In this document: positions 48,308-64,000 of the stretch, in pieces
Layout: every line of letters begins with the position of its first letter
Numbering within the stretch: the stretch's first letter is position 1
Assembly: GCA_904063045.1 (NCBI GenBank)
Contig: CAJFCJ010000008.1
Span: 558,001-622,000 of the forward strand
Reading direction: 5' to 3'
Length of the DNA: 64,000 bases
DNA from: Dimorphilus gyrociliatus
Taxonomy: Eukaryota; Animalia; Annelida
Program-made: the position numbers and the translations under genes
The notes under the pieces: model-generated
What the model was told of the DNA's origin: nothing
The model's input: only the letters and a program-made list of their open reading frames with translations
The model's database searches: none

Positions 48308-51300
48308 ATGACTAAGAACTCTCAATTTCAGCTCTTTCTTCTAATATTTTGTACAAATTTCCTCTTAAAGACAGTATTAAGTGAGAATATAACAACATCT
48401 AGTCCGACAGTCACATCAGAAAATGGAGGTGGAAAACCTATAAAAGTTAATTCTCAACCTCATTGTGTTTGGTATGACCAATGCTACAAAACACCTGAAG
48501 GGTCGATGGAAAATTGCGTTTCGACAGAACCGGCTCGTAAATTAAAGGATCAACAAGCTTTAAAAATCCTAGCTGAACTCTGTCCTTCAATCTACAAAAA
48601 CGATGGTTAGTTGAAACTAATGAATATACACTAAACTTAAAAACAAATTATGTATGACGCAATAACCTAATGCATCTAAATTATCGTTTAGGCAATGACA
48701 CAAGGACCTGTTGCACCCCTCGACAATTGGCAACGCTAAGAGACAGTGTTCAAGTTCCAAGACAAATTCTATCACGTTGTCCACCGTGCCTTCGAAATTT
48801 TCTAGATCTCTTTTGTACTTATACGTGTGGTCCTGACCAATCTGTGTTTATGGATGGAGTAGTTCGTCGGTCAAATCCAAAGGGAGATTCTTGGACAAGC
48901 GTACGTAATATTTTGTTCTTATTGTTTTTTTTATTAAAAAAAAAAACAAATATACAACTAAATTTTTCTATTTAGGTAAACATAACCGTTTCGGAAAATT
49001 TCACAATTGAAATGTTTGATTCGTGTAGAGATGTTATAAATCCATCTTCGAATAGTAAGGCAATGGATATATTATGCGGTACTACAGCAGCAGATTGTAC
49101 ACCGCTTAAGCTATTGAATAATTTTGGAGACAAAAAAAATAACCCTATGGTTCCATTTCAAATATACTATATTGTGTCTGATGAACCAGTTATTTTAAAT
49201 GGCTCAGCAAAAACGCCAATCAGACCAAATACAACCAGATGTGACGGAATTTGTAGTTGTCAAGATTGCAGAAATTCTTGTGGGAGTCCTGTAAAACCGC
49301 CAAAACCGAGTAAAGGATGCTCCATTATTGGTATCAATTGTCCAACATTTTCCATGGCATCAATCTTCTTAGCGTTTACCGTTATATTCAGTTCATACCT
49401 TCTCTTTAACTTTTACTCATCATTTCGAAATGGTAAAAGAGAAGCTAAAACTCCTCAAATTGATATTGTTACAAAGGCGGATGTTAAATGCCGTGAAAAG
49501 ATTGGAGCTTGGATGCAAAGGATGTTAAAAAATTTCTTTACAAATTTAGGAAGATTATGTACAAAAAGACCTATTGTCACTATTGTAATTGGTATTGTCA
49601 TATGTTGTATATTATCATCGGGAATAGCATTATTCAAAGTAACTACTGATCCAGTTCAACTATGGTCCGCCTCAAATTCAAGAGCAAGAGTTGAAAAAAG
49701 ATATTTTGATGACAATTTCTCGTAAGTGAATAATACCGACTATATACTAAAAAAGTTCTATTTGTCATAAAAATAAGAGTCCATAGGTCAAAAAAACAGT
49801 TTCATTATCAATAGTAGTATTTATTAGAGTTAAAAATATTTTGATTGAACAGCATTTGTAAACAGTTTATAAGCTATTTTATGCTTTTAATTATTATAAT
49901 AATTTATATTTCTTTGTTTATTTAGGCCTTTCTACCGAATAACGCAAGTAATTCTTCATCCGAAAAATCAAAGTCAATGGCTCAGACAGAAATCTTTACC
50001 TCATAATCTTGATTATGAACTTTGGGGAGCTGCACTTCGGAAACAATTCATTATTGATGTAAAACATATTGAATTTATATTATTAGTATTAATTATAATT
50101 TACTATCCGTATTTTATTAGGCACTTCGATTGCAAGAGGATCTCGTTAATATTGTAGGGCAAATGGACGATGGTAAAAATGTAACTATTCAAGATGTTTG
50201 CTTTCAACCTTTGGCGCCGGATAATAAAAATTGCGCCATAGAGGTAAATAGGCTTAACTAGAAATATTAACTTTCTTATGTAATTTATTTATGATTAATT
50301 TGTTTGTCTGCTATAGAGTATATTACAATATTTTCAAAACAATATAACTGTGGTTAATGAAAAAGATGAGGATGAATTTCAGCAAGTTAAGTCTGATTAT
50401 GCTGATCATTTGAGTTATTGTTTCAAAAATCCAACGGCTCCTGTTGATTTGTCCAAATTCAAAACTCCATGCTTATCTGCCTATGGTGGGCCAACTTTTC
50501 CATGGACAGCATTGGGAGGCTATACAAATGTTAATTATGAAAATTCGTCGGCACTTTTAATTACGATACTATTGAATAATTATAAGGATAAAAATTTTCA
50601 AGATAAGGCCTTAGCTTGGGAAAAGAATGTAGTTAAATATTTGAAGAATTACACAAATGATAATATTACAATTTCATTTAAAGCAGAGGTAAATGGGAAA
50701 ATATAATAATATTTAAATTAACCGCTTAAATATGATTTAATTAATTGTTTAGCGATCAATCGAAGATGAACTAAATAGAGAAAGTCATTCGGATATTAAA
50801 ACAATTGCTATATCATATTCTGTAATGTTTATCTATGTTTCTGTAATGCTTGGACATTATAGGAAATTTAGTACAATTTTAATTGATTCAAAAGTTACAT
50901 TGGGATTATCTGGTGTACTTATCGTTGTAGTTTCTGTGACATCTTCATTGGGTTTCTTTAGTTTTATTGGTATTCCAGCGACTTTAATTATTATTGAGGT
51001 TGTTCCATTTTTAGTTTTGGCAGTTGGTGTAGACAATATCTTTATTCTTGTTCAATGCTATCAGGTACGATATTAATAATTTTGAATTTTTCATTCTAAG
51101 TAATATTTTTTTTTTAATATAGCGATTAAAAGAACCAGAATTCTCATCTACTTGCATAAAAGAACGAGTTAGCATTGCTTTGGGTCTTGTTGGACCTAGT
51201 ATGCTTTTGACCAGTGTGAGTGAATCGTTGGCTTTTTTTATAGGTAACTATTTTACAACTGACAATAGAATCATAAAGAATATCTATCTATATACTATAT

Positions 51301-53782
51301 ATATATATGTATATATATGTATACTGAATTATTTTAGCTGCTGTAACAAGTATGCCCGCTGTCAAAGTATTTTCATTATACGCTGGGATGGCTGTACTTA
51401 TTGATTTCCTTCTTCAAATTACTTGTTTTGTAGCGCTAATGGTTTTGGATGCCCAAAGGCAACAAGTAAAATAAATGTTTAAATATATCATTGTTTGACT
51501 GAATTGCTAACGAATACTTAATAATCTTTTTAAAAGAGTAATCGACCAGATTGTTGTTGTTGCATTAACCTTAACAAGGAATCGCCTATTGAAACACCTT
51601 CAACATCGGAAAATGAGGAGAGAGGAGTTCTTTATACATTTTTCAAGAAGTTTTATGCCCCGTTTATCTTGAATCGTTTTGTTCGACCAATTGTTGTAAG
51701 TGTTTTAAATTACTAGAGTAATTGATCCTGATTCATTTATTATGTCTTTTGCAGATGTTTACGTTTATCGCTTGGTCGTGTTTCTGCATTGGTATAGTTA
51801 CTAAAGTAAAGATAGGATTAGATCAAAAATTATCTATGCCGAAGGATTCCTACGTTATTTCTTATTTTAATGATATGAATCGCTATCTCAATGTAGGACC
51901 ACCAGTTTATTTTGTTGTTGAAAAAGGTCATAATTATACATCAACTACGGGTCAAAATCAACTCTGCGGAAGTTCCGGCTGCCCTCACAGTTCTCTATTA
52001 GGAAAAGTCTATAGAGAATCTAAAATTGCCAATTAGTTAGTATGAAATACAATTAATTGAAGCTATTTTTTAAACAATTATTTTTATAGTTCTTATATTG
52101 CTCAACCTGCAAATTCTTGGTTAGACGACTACTTCATATGGGTTCAACCTGATAGTACTTGTTGCAGGAAATTCAAGAGTAATAATTCTTTTGTGCCTTC
52201 GTCTCGTAAGTTATCAATATTATATACTATACATTATATATTCTATATATATAATATACTGAAAGAATTGTGATTTATATAGTTACGTGTGATTCAAAGA
52301 CTTGCGTTAGTTGCATAGAAAGTAAAGCGAATTTAATTAACGGACGTCCAAATCCAGAGGATTTTATAAAATATTTACCCTGGTTTTTAATTGATAATCC
52401 AAATATGAAATGCGCTAAAGGAGGTCATGCAGCCTACGGCACTGCAGTAAAATTATTAAGAAATAAAACATCTGTTGGAGGTAATATAAGAGTGTTTTCG
52501 TCTATCCGAATTCAATAATATCCTTTGTTTTCATTTTTCTTTTTAGCAACATATTTCTCAACATTTCATTCAATTTTGAAGAGCGATAGTGATTTTATTG
52601 GATCATTGAAGATGGCTCGAAAACTAGCTGATAATATTACAGCAACCATTATGAACATGTCGAATAAAACGGAAAATGCAAATTCCTCTTCTTTGTCCTC
52701 TGTGTCGGGAAGAATTTTTCCGTATAGCTATCATTACGTCTTTTATGAACAATATTTAACAATTTTAGAAGATAGTGTAATTCAAGTATCAGTCTGTTTG
52801 GCGTCAATTTTCATAGTAACCTTCTTCTTATTGGGTTTTGACTTTTGGAGTGCAATGATTATTATTTTTGTCATATTTTTAATTTTATCCAATTTAGTTG
52901 GTCTTATGGCTTTGTGGGATATTTCATTGAACGCTGTCTCATTAGTAAATCTAATTATGGTGAATAGTTTTGAATTTTTACAAAGTTTAATAGCATTATC
53001 AATAAGCTATTATAAAATTTTATAGGGTGTTGGAATATCTGTTGAGTTCTGTTCCCATATTGGTAGATCTTTTGCAATGAGTATTGCTCCAAGTAGAGTG
53101 CAGAGAGCCAGCGAAGCTTTAACCGACATTGGTAGTTCGGTAAGTAATTTATTAATATTGTTTTTATATGAATATTTATAGAGCAGAAAAGAAAAAATGA
53201 AACAGTAAAAGTTGCCTTTAACGTTATTTACACTGTTAAATCTTTCATAAGTTGAACCACTTATTTAATTGTTTATTCAAGTTGACTTAGAGGATTAAAT
53301 TTAATCTTTAATCAAATAACCTCTTGAGTCTTCTTCACATAGTTGTAAAAATCAGATAGATACATATCTATACAGTATATGAAATGATCTTATCTTTAAC
53401 TTTATTAAATAATACTTTAACTATTTAGGTATTCAGTGGAATAACACTGACCAAATTGGGCGGTATACTTGTTCTCGCTTTTTCGAAATCTCAACTATTT
53501 CAGGTTTGCTATTTTTCTTCACTTTTTTCTAGGTCAGAGAAACAATTCCTATGTAAACTATCTTTACTCCCTGCATAGGTGTTCTACTTTCGAATGTACC
53601 TCGGAATAGTGGTCTTTGGTGCAGCTCATGGCCTTGTCTTCCTTCCAGTTCTGCTAAGCTATGTAGGACCTTCTATAAACAACGCAAAACGATTAGAACA
53701 TCAGGTGTCTCGATTATCTACGAGGGAAGAACAAGATACTGACGATAATGATAAAGGACCATTGATAAAATTTTATGAATGA
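48308..53782 (+). CDS. NPC1: Niemann-Pick C1 lysosomal sterol transporter, multi-exon
   Basis: Signal peptide, CVWYDQC N-terminal domain, [22 protein letters not shown], sterol-sensing domain [64 protein letters not shown]-terminal DKGPLI fits the [DE]xxxL[LI] sorting motif. Confidence 0.97.
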
Positions 53783-54064
53783 ATCATTTTATACTATGGA
53801 AAAGACATGCTTAAAAGATAAAGATGCTTATTCCAAAAGTGTCCAAAAATATGAATGTAAATAGTAAAACATTTATGTACAAAAACTTAATATTCATGGT
53901 TTTTTCTATCATATTATTGCTTGAATAAATTCGCTTTATACCTATCGATCACACTAATATTCACAATAGTGGTTTGGTTTTCTTTTTCTTTTTCTACGGG
54001 ATTATTAGAACTATTTGCTCACCTAGCGGGCGTATGAATATGAATATTATTCAAATGTTCATAA

Positions 54065-57000
54065 ATGGCGGCCTTAGCGACTCGACAAAGTTCTGCGGAC
54101 AGAAAATTTTACTTGCCAGCAAAACCCCCCAATCCAGTAAAAGTTAATCTGGAGTATGCTTAGTAAGACTTTTAATAGAAACTCCCAAGTTGAAAGTACT
54201 TTTTAATTGAGGTAAATGATAATTCGTTAGCGCTCTCAAAAACGCCCCTTACAAGGCACTAAAGAGTGAAACATGCGAGGGAAGGGAAAAGTTAATATCT
54301 GGTAATAGGGAACGTCTATTAACTGGATTATCCAATAGATGGCGTATTCCTAATTCACTGGGAGGAGATCTGTTAGGTTCGTCCCAAGCTGTTCGAGCAA
54401 CTTCAGTAAGATGGAGTGAATCTGTTAAAAATCATATAACGTCAGAAAACTGCAGAAAATCACTACCAGATTGGAAAGTCAGCTATAAATTCAGACAAAA
54501 CGATGATAGGTATGTTTAATTGTTATGAAAAACGAAAATAGTTGCTAATCCGGTAATAAAATCCCCACCAACGAATCTATTAATTTGTTTTTATGACTGA
54601 ATTTCAGGCCTTTAACAACATCAAATTTAGACGATCTTCGAAGAAGTTACGATCAAACAACCACTAGACCAGTAACTGCTCCTTCCAATTGGTATTTATT
54701 AACTCTTCTAAATAATAAATTATCAAATATCTACCTATACAATAATCTATTAAGAGAATGAACAAAATCGGTCTTTCCAACGGGGGGAGAGAAAGAGAGA
54801 TAGAAGAATCTATATTTGCAAAAAAAATTAGCTAACATAAGCAGGAAAAAAAAACATTCATACAAATCATTGTAAGAGGAGACATCATTAAGAATTCAAG
54901 CGTTGAGCAGTAAATAATAAGGACGGTCTGTAATAGCCTGCAGCTAGAGCAAATTTTTTCTAGCCTTAGTGTGAATTTTTTTTTTATTGCTTTATTATTA
55001 CAAACAATATAAGATTGAAAAAGGCTTAAAAAGAGAAACGCATTTAAACGCTTCGGCTACGAACAACTTTATTTGTTTTCATTCTCCATTGCTCTTGTTA
55101 GCTATATGTAAGGTGGCTCATAATAAACTCGAAAGGGATTAACTAATATTCAAACAAACTTAGTAAGGTATAGACATGAATGTAGAATAAGAAGAGATTA
55201 AGTAAAAAGGGTTACTATTATCTTCTATCTGTTTCTTTATAAAGAATATTTTTTGTCTGTTATTTATTTTCAATCTCCTCTATGTGCCATTTATCTTAAA
55301 TTAATAGATACCATTGAAAAATAAGACGAGATAAGAGACAATCTTCAGGATAAAGGAAATTTATAAAATTTTTTGCTTTATAAATAGATTTATACCATTT
55401 AGAAATTTCTTTTTGTCGCTTTTAGATTAGTGGCAATAGTATAAAGACCATGTAATTTTTTTAATCTTAATCCTTTCAATAGGTCAAACTCAATGGATTA
55501 TGAAAAACCTAAATCTTATTACTATGACGCTCGAGACGCTTTGTCATTCTTCAAAAAGAGAATTCCGTGCCTTCCAAAACCAGGTGATTGACTTCATCTA
55601 CTCCTATTAACTTTTATTAGCCACTTTCAGATTAAATTGCACCCAGTTCCCGCTTAATATAGAATATAATGAATAATACCTCAGCAGTGCTTCAATTTCC
55701 CAAATTTAAGACACTTTCTTTCTAAAAAGAGAGTATTAAACTATCTTAACACGCTATTTATATATTTAAATATACATATAGCTACTTTTTGGACACAGAT
55801 ATTATTCTCCACTCCTTCGGATATAGCTGGAAATTACATAGAAATGTTATTATATCATCAAATGTCCTTAGTGAATTGTTTAATGAAGCCATACTACAAT
55901 CTGAAAGAGACTCTTTGAGCAGACCTGCAAGTAGACTCAGTCTTAATGTAATAACTCGAAAGCAAATTAAATCAAGTAGACTAATCAAGTTATCTCTTAT
56001 TCCATAGATAAAGCAAAATACACAGATATCATCTAAAGAAATTACTATTAGTTTAAATGTTAATGATAGTCATGTTTCCCCGAGGACTTTTGCCATTGCT
56101 CTTGGTCATCTGTATACTCTTCACTTTCTTGATGTCATTCCAAAAGTAGATGTAGCTGGAGTTTTATCAGCAGCTTGCTATTTAAAATTTAACGTTCTAA
56201 TTCAAAGGTTTGCTTATACATCATCAATAATGAAAGTAAAATACAATTCACTTTTTATAATACAATAGACTATCACAATTGGTGAACCAGAATGCTTATT
56301 CCAAGAATATTATGGATATTTACGAAGTATCTGTAAAGGTATACTAATTAAATAAAAAAAATTGATCTACCCGTATTTATAAAGATCTATGTTTGAATAA
56401 AAAACAGTACTGTTTGAAAGATGTCACAGAATTTTGTATAAACTGGTTGAAATTGAATCTTATTCCTAAGGTTTGTTATTTATTATATAAATATATATTA
56501 ATTAATAAAATATTGAAATAGTTATCGAATGATGTCAGTCTTCGAAGAATGCCTCCAGAAATATTAGAGTCTCTTCTCAAATCGCATTGGACTTTTACAT
56601 ACTCCGAATATAAAGTATTCTGCACAATGATACTTTGGCTATATTTACAAATAAATCAAGATATTCAAGTTCTTCCATCAATGTCAGACTTAAAAGCATT
56701 CTATAATAGGTTATAATATATACATATATATATATATATATATCATATGTAGGAGATTGTAGGCAATATTCTGATCTTTATACAGTTTTCGAAAGGACAA
56801 GAGTATATTTGAAGTTGGCAAGATAAAAAAATATGGAAATTTATTAAAATCTATAAGATTACTCGGAATTACTGATTGTAAATACTGACATCTATATATA
56901 TATATGTATATTTTATTGTGATTTTCTTATATTTCTTTCAAACATAGTTGAGAATTTACATGATATACAAAGCATGAATGTGGTACCTAGCAATATAATG

Positions 57001-57654
57001 ATGACAATCCTTCAAAAACATCATCGATCGGTAATAAATTTGATCTTTTTCTAAATAAGAAAATTGAACTCATTATCATATCGCTTAGGTCAATTCTGGA
57101 GGAGATATGGACGTTTTAAATGAATTTGAGCAGCAAGCCGTAAGATTTGGTTTCATTATAGAAAAACCACCATTCTACGAATCTCAAGTAACTTTCATTA
57201 ACAGCTCTTATCTTTATATAAACAATATTTATAGCTGTAAAATAATTAACAACGTATATAGGTTATCGAAATGTTTGGATTCTATTTCGATCTCAAGGCA
57301 GAGGAAACTGATCAAGGCGGAACATTTACTTTCAGTATTAGACGTCTACGTCCCTTAGATCCTAGTTTATCAATATTACAGTGCGAAAGGCACACTGTCT
57401 CAATGAGAAATGATAGGAATGTATTTTACAGTATTACTGTACAATATTTCAATCAAGAAGGGCGTTTACAATTACATACAACGGGAATAAGAGCTCAAAG
57501 ATTTGGATTACAATTAGAAGCGTCTCTGGGAGAGGTAACTAAATCCTTACGACAACTACTTTGCTAAACTTTACTTTTATTTCAGCCTTACAAGTTGACT
57601 GACTTAATGCTACCGCTTTACGTATCCTATTGTATTTTCTTCCCCTCCTCCTAA
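54065..57654 (+). CDS. BTBD16: BTB/BACK protein of the BTBD16 / germ-cell-less family, multi-exon; N-terminal exon structure uncertain
   Basis: LTGLSNRWRIP..LGGDLL, DTDIILHSFGYSWKLH, ISLNVND..V....FAIALGHLY, FCINWLKLNLIP, QAVRFGF, MFGFYFDLK and final LPLYVSYCIFFPSS* match the recalled BTBD16 layout. Exons from 55783 onward splice in frame. Confidence 0.75.
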
Positions 57655-57897
57655 TAGATAAAGTCAGAATATCTATAACATGTTTTTGTATTCACTTACA
57701 ATAAAAAACGTCGCATGAATAAAAGACAACGTTCAGTTGTCATAAATTTTTTTTAAGTAAAATTTTTATACACCCGTTTTTATCACATTTTCTTAAAAAT
57801 TTTTCAAAGTACTTAACATGCTGTAAATTTCATGTATTAACTTTTTGATAATGCAAGAATAGCCGGTCGGTCAAGTCAGTGCAAAATCATGTATAAA

Positions 57898-60123
<2,226 letters not shown>

Positions 60124-60304
60124 TCAACTCTTGAACGGTACGTTTAAAAAACGCAATTGTTCATTCGGCCATCTTTTTTGAGTTTAGTGTGGTTCTGCAT
60201 CCTTTTTCTGCTTTCTGGAAAGGAGCATTAGCGGTTTCATTGAATTACCACATGACCGTAACCTTCTCAAACTTTGTAAAAACTGAGCTTACAGATCATT
60301 GATA

Positions 60305-60974
60305 ATGAAGAATTTAATTAAATTTACTCAAATTTTGAATAGAATACAGTTTAATATTGATCGATGCATTAGTTCGTTGCTATTTAATGGTAAATTGTTA
60401 TTTATTGGCAATTTAGAGTAATATGTTCTAAATATCGCTCTTTGTAGATAAATTTAGGTTTGCTTACGATGTTGCTCCACCTGTACAACAATCATCAGAA
60501 AACAATCAATTATCCTTAAAAGATATTGTCAATGATTCTATATTGTGGGCTGTGCCTAAAAGTAGACGAAGCGTTGAGCGAAGATTCACCCGAAGGATGC
60601 GATTTCATAAACATTTCGAACATGCTACTCCAAAAAAAAATATTACACCTTGCTTAGAATGTGGTAATTGGATGGAAAGAGGAACAATATGTGGTATGTT
60701 AAAATAAAAACTACTATTATAGCCTCATTATTCTAAAAAAAATCTTCTAGGTCACTGCTATGAAAAAGTAAGAGATGAAACAGAAGAGATGCAAAATAAA
60801 ATTCCTGAGAAAATTAGGAATTTTGATGCTCCAACAAAAGAAATTCAATTTCATTATGAGGATGATGACCCTCAAATTAGGAAAGAAAATAAGTATATTG
60901 TTGATATGAAGAAGAAACGGCCGACGTGGTTTAACGCCAATTTATTGTCTAAAGGTTTTGGACGTTATTCTTAA
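60305..60974 (+). CDS. MRPL32: Mitochondrial ribosomal protein bL32m, three exons
   Basis: ILWAVPKSRRSVERRFTRR, zinc ligands CLECG...ICGHCY, C-terminal KKKRPTWF. N-terminal presequence-like exon from ATG 60305. Confidence 0.9.
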
Positions 60975-61412
60975 AAAATATTTAACCTTAAAAAATAAAC
61001 GATTCCCTTTTCTCTACCAGAATTAAATTTCGAACACGCTATTAATGGAACACAAAACCCAAAACTCCCATACACTAGCACCATTTTCCAGACAAATTTT
61101 AACGCTTATAAAAGTAGTGTCCGACTAGAAAAGTTTGAGCACAATCGATATTATAACTATTGGCACTCTGATACTTATTCACAGTATCACTGTGCTTAAT
61201 TTGTTATGAAAATATATAATTTAACATGAAAAGTAGAACATGGACGGAGATTCCAAACGCAACGATTTCCTTACATATTGAAATGACTTTATCCTCAAAA
61301 CCTCATTTTTTTGATTTACACAACAACAAAATACTACATAAACATAAAATCGATGATTTTACTTTTCCCACATAAAATTTTCAAACGAGACGACATACAT
61401 ACAAATTTTCGT

Positions 61413-62660
61413 TTAATACGGCTTAGCATCATTCTTCGGTCTCTTCAGCTGAACCTTTAGGCGTTTCGTGCCTATTTGAAAACCATTCATCGACTGAATC
61501 GCGGCATGTGCTGATACAGGATTGTCATAACTCACAAAACCAAAACACTTGCTTAAGTTTGTTGCCTTGTCGATGAATACTTTAGCGGATATTAAATTAC
61601 CAAAGGGCGAGAAAGTCTGTAAAAGATCGTTGTCTGTGAACTCGGGTGGTAGGTGATAAATGAACAGATTGGCTCCATTCGGTCCTTCAGTCTGTCGATT
61701 TGAACCATTGGCAGCCACGGGTGTTTGAGGACTGCAATTAGGAGGCGATTGCTGCTGGTTGTATTGTTGAACTCCTGAGTAGGCTTGAGTGAAAGCTTCG
61801 GAGCCTGATCCAACCATTTGAGCTATCAAAGAGTTTAAGTTGTTCTGTTGATGGGCTTCAACTTGTCCTAGTAGTCCTAATTGCGCCAAATTTGAAATCA
61901 AGTTAGGATTAGCAGCTAGTGCTGACGCCGCGGAAATAACTTGTTGCAAATAATTAACTTGCTGTGATTGTTGTTGGGGTTGCTGCTGACCAGTCGTTTG
62001 AAGTACTTGTTGAAGCATTTGTATATATTGTGGGGGTACATTGTTCAAGTTTAAACCCGGAATACTTGCTTGAGGGGCAGTGGGATTCGGTTGTTGAACA
62101 GTTCTTTTGGCATCCTTGTCCTTTTGAGTGTCGGCTAACTTGACAACAATCGGTGATCTACAACCCTCCATAGTCTGACTATGATGCATTGCTCTTATAG
62201 CAGCTGCTGCAGAGGATCTGCTTGAATAAGTAACAAATGCGCATCCTTTGCTACAACCGCTTTGCTCTCTTAATATTGTACATTCTTCGATTTGGCCGAA
62301 CGATTGGAAGATGTCACGAACATCTGTCTCATTAAGTTGCTTTGATAGCATACCTACAAAGAGCTTCCTCTCCTCAATATTTCTTTTCTCAGAATCAGCC
62401 GGCTTCATTTGTATAGGATGCGCCATTCCAGGTAATGTTCTCACATTATGCAAAGCATTTTGAGCGGATAAAGCAGATAACCTATTGTAATAAGTTACGA
62501 AACAACATCCCTTACTCGAACCAGTTTGCTTATCCCTCAGGATACTCAATTGATAAATGGGTCCGAATTCATCCAATACTTGGCGTAAATCGCTTTCTTC
62601 CATAGTACGTGGGATTTGCCCAACAAACATCTTGATCGCATCGCTATCTGGTTCAGTCAT
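61413..62660 (-). CDS. CELF1/2: CELF/Bruno-family RNA-binding protein (RRM1-RRM2-Gln-rich linker-RRM3), single exon
   Basis: [78 protein letters not shown]. Confidence 0.97.
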   Translation of the reverse strand: MTEPDSDAIKMFVGQIPRTMEESDLRQVLDEFGPIYQLSILRDKQTGSSKGCCFVTYYNRLSALSAQNALHNVRTLPGMAHPIQMKPADSEKRNIEERKLFVGMLSKQLNETDVRDIFQSFGQIEECTILREQSGCSKGCAFVTYSSRSSAAAAIRAMHHSQTMEGCRSPIVVKLADTQKDKDAKRTVQQPNPTAPQASIPGLNLNNVPPQYIQMLQQVLQTTGQQQPQQQSQQVNYLQQVISAASALAANPNLISNLAQLGLLGQVEAHQQNNLNSLIAQMVGSGSEAFTQAYSGVQQYNQQQSPPNCSPQTPVAANGSNRQTEGPNGANLFIYHLPPEFTDNDLLQTFSPFGNLISAKVFIDKATNLSKCFGFVSYDNPVSAHAAIQSMNGFQIGTKRLKVQLKRPKNDAKPY

Positions 62661-63814
62661 TTTTCCTAGATTTTATAGTTTGTTACGATGTCACTCTGAA
62701 AAGCTTTGGATGTTTGGTCTACATTTTTTAAAAAATGCTTTACTCTATAACTAAGATGGCGGATGTTGGTCAATAAGCAAGTGTTAACCAATCACCACCA
62801 GTCTTCTTTTTTAAAATCACTCAATATCCAATGTGAAAACGTATAAGAAAATAGATCACGTGACCCCCCTACAGTATATAAAAAATAATAGAATATCCTC
62901 ATAATGTATTTACCGGTTTTTAACCGGTTTCCGGTTATTTGAAATATATAGACTTTCAATAATTATCTATTCCCAAATCTGGAATTGCATGCAGATTGCA
63001 TTTTTCTTCTAAATTTAAAATATTATAATAATTCTTTTAGGACAAAGCTTTTACTAATATATTTTCTTCATTTTAAAACTACCATTTAGCATAAGATCAA
63101 CTATCATATTTCAATCATTTATCCTCTAAATGACTACGACGGAAATTAAGTGTATTTTAAAAGAAAGTTAATTTACACAGTTTAATGGGCAGTCATTAGC
63201 AAATCAATGTAATTGAAGTTATTGAACTAGAGAAGTGAAGAAGAGTTTCACAGTTGCCATACTTTATTTAAAGATTTTCTCTTTTTTCAAAAAGAAATTG
63301 ATATAACTATATTTGATCTCAACACTTGTATGATATTTTAGTTAACAGCTTATTGAGGCAAACATAACATTGATAACATAGTTATATTTACGATTCTATA
63401 TTTAGTTAGTATGACGTAATTTATAAAAATCGGATTTATTTACCTTTAAATTTATCGGGGATGAAGTGACCTAAAATATTCTGTATAGATTTGATTTTGG
63501 AATATAGATAGATCGATAAAACAGACAATTCTTTGGTTATTTAATATTTCATAAAATCTAAATTTAAGCGGTTTTTGAAAAAAGCCAGAAAACTGGTAGA
63601 GAATTTTAAAGCAGTCTTGGATAGTTTTAAGGGATATAAGTATTTTAAACTACAACTAATACTAATTCTAAAAATAGTACGAATTATTGACTAGAACACT
63701 ATATGACTTTTACCAACTATTGGTTTGATAGTGCCAATAAATACGAAACGATTTAACCGGTTATCCATGGTGGGGGAAAATATTCAGTAGTAAATATCCC
63801 ACGTGCTTGAGAAA

Positions 63815-64000
63815 ATGATTAGATCTAATGTATTTATTAGGAAAACAAAACGGGGCAAAATCTTAAAAGTTGTACGGGAACATTATTTAAGAGACGATGT
63901 ATATTGCAGCTTTCCAAAATGCGAGCAATGTGAGGAAGAAAAACCAATTTTTAGTTCAAACCCCTCTGTAGATTCAAAGGAGTTAGTTGGAAAATATTTA
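63815..64000 (+). CDS. DIS3: Exosome catalytic subunit DIS3/Rrp44, N-terminal CR3 region; runs off the window
   Basis: MIRSNVFIRKTKRGKILKVVREHYLRDDVYCSFPKCEQC matches the VREHYLRDD + Cys motif of DIS3. Confidence 0.9.
   Translation, partial: MIRSNVFIRKTKRGKILKVVREHYLRDDVYCSFPKCEQCEEEKPIFSSNPSVDSKELVGKYL

Noticed and set aside
12075-53782. Apparent secretory-pathway cluster (ATP13A1, glycosyltransferases, TANGO1, NPC1)
   Set aside because: The genes are interspersed with unrelated ones in mixed orientations, and such genes are common enough to co-occur by chance.
54700-55710. Idea that TAA/TAG are read as Gln (variant genetic code)
   Set aside because: Conserved genes in the window end at TAA/TAG at the expected positions (RPS16, CK, serpin) and use CAA/CAG for Gln.
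56005-56007. In-frame TAG in the middle of the BTB domain (ORF 55789-56007 ends here)
   Set aside because: A 60-nt phase-0 intron (AAT|gtaata...ttccatag|ATA) removes it and restores the frame.

Overview
AT-rich, very gene-dense eukaryotic (animal) DNA with about 22 protein-coding genes in 64 kb, mostly GT-AG introns of about 40-70 nt, and several head-to-head gene pairs only about 160-250 bp apart. In order: serpin; TRPT1/Tpt1 with a long N-terminal extension; CAMSAP/Patronin; RPS16; ATP13A1; jitterbug-type filamin without CH domains; an orphan secreted protein; a calmodulin-like protein; SSUH2-like; C-type lectin; AdipoR/PAQR; two inverted fucosyltransferase-like paralogs; an orphan LRR-like membrane protein; TANGO1/MIA3; creatine kinase; NPC1; BTBD16-like; PRPF4B; MRPL32; CELF; and the start of DIS3. 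Compactness plus a creatine-kinase-type phosphagen kinase would fit a miniaturised invertebrate such as a meiofaunal annelid (inference only). No CRISPR array, rRNA, tRNA or intact transposon was recognised. The most unusual observations are a Tpt1 preceded by up to three degenerate copies of its own N-terminal lobe, and the inverted fucosyltransferase pair sharing a near-identical ~530 bp tract. Exon structures were assembled by hand. Family assignments come from recalled motifs, not database searches.
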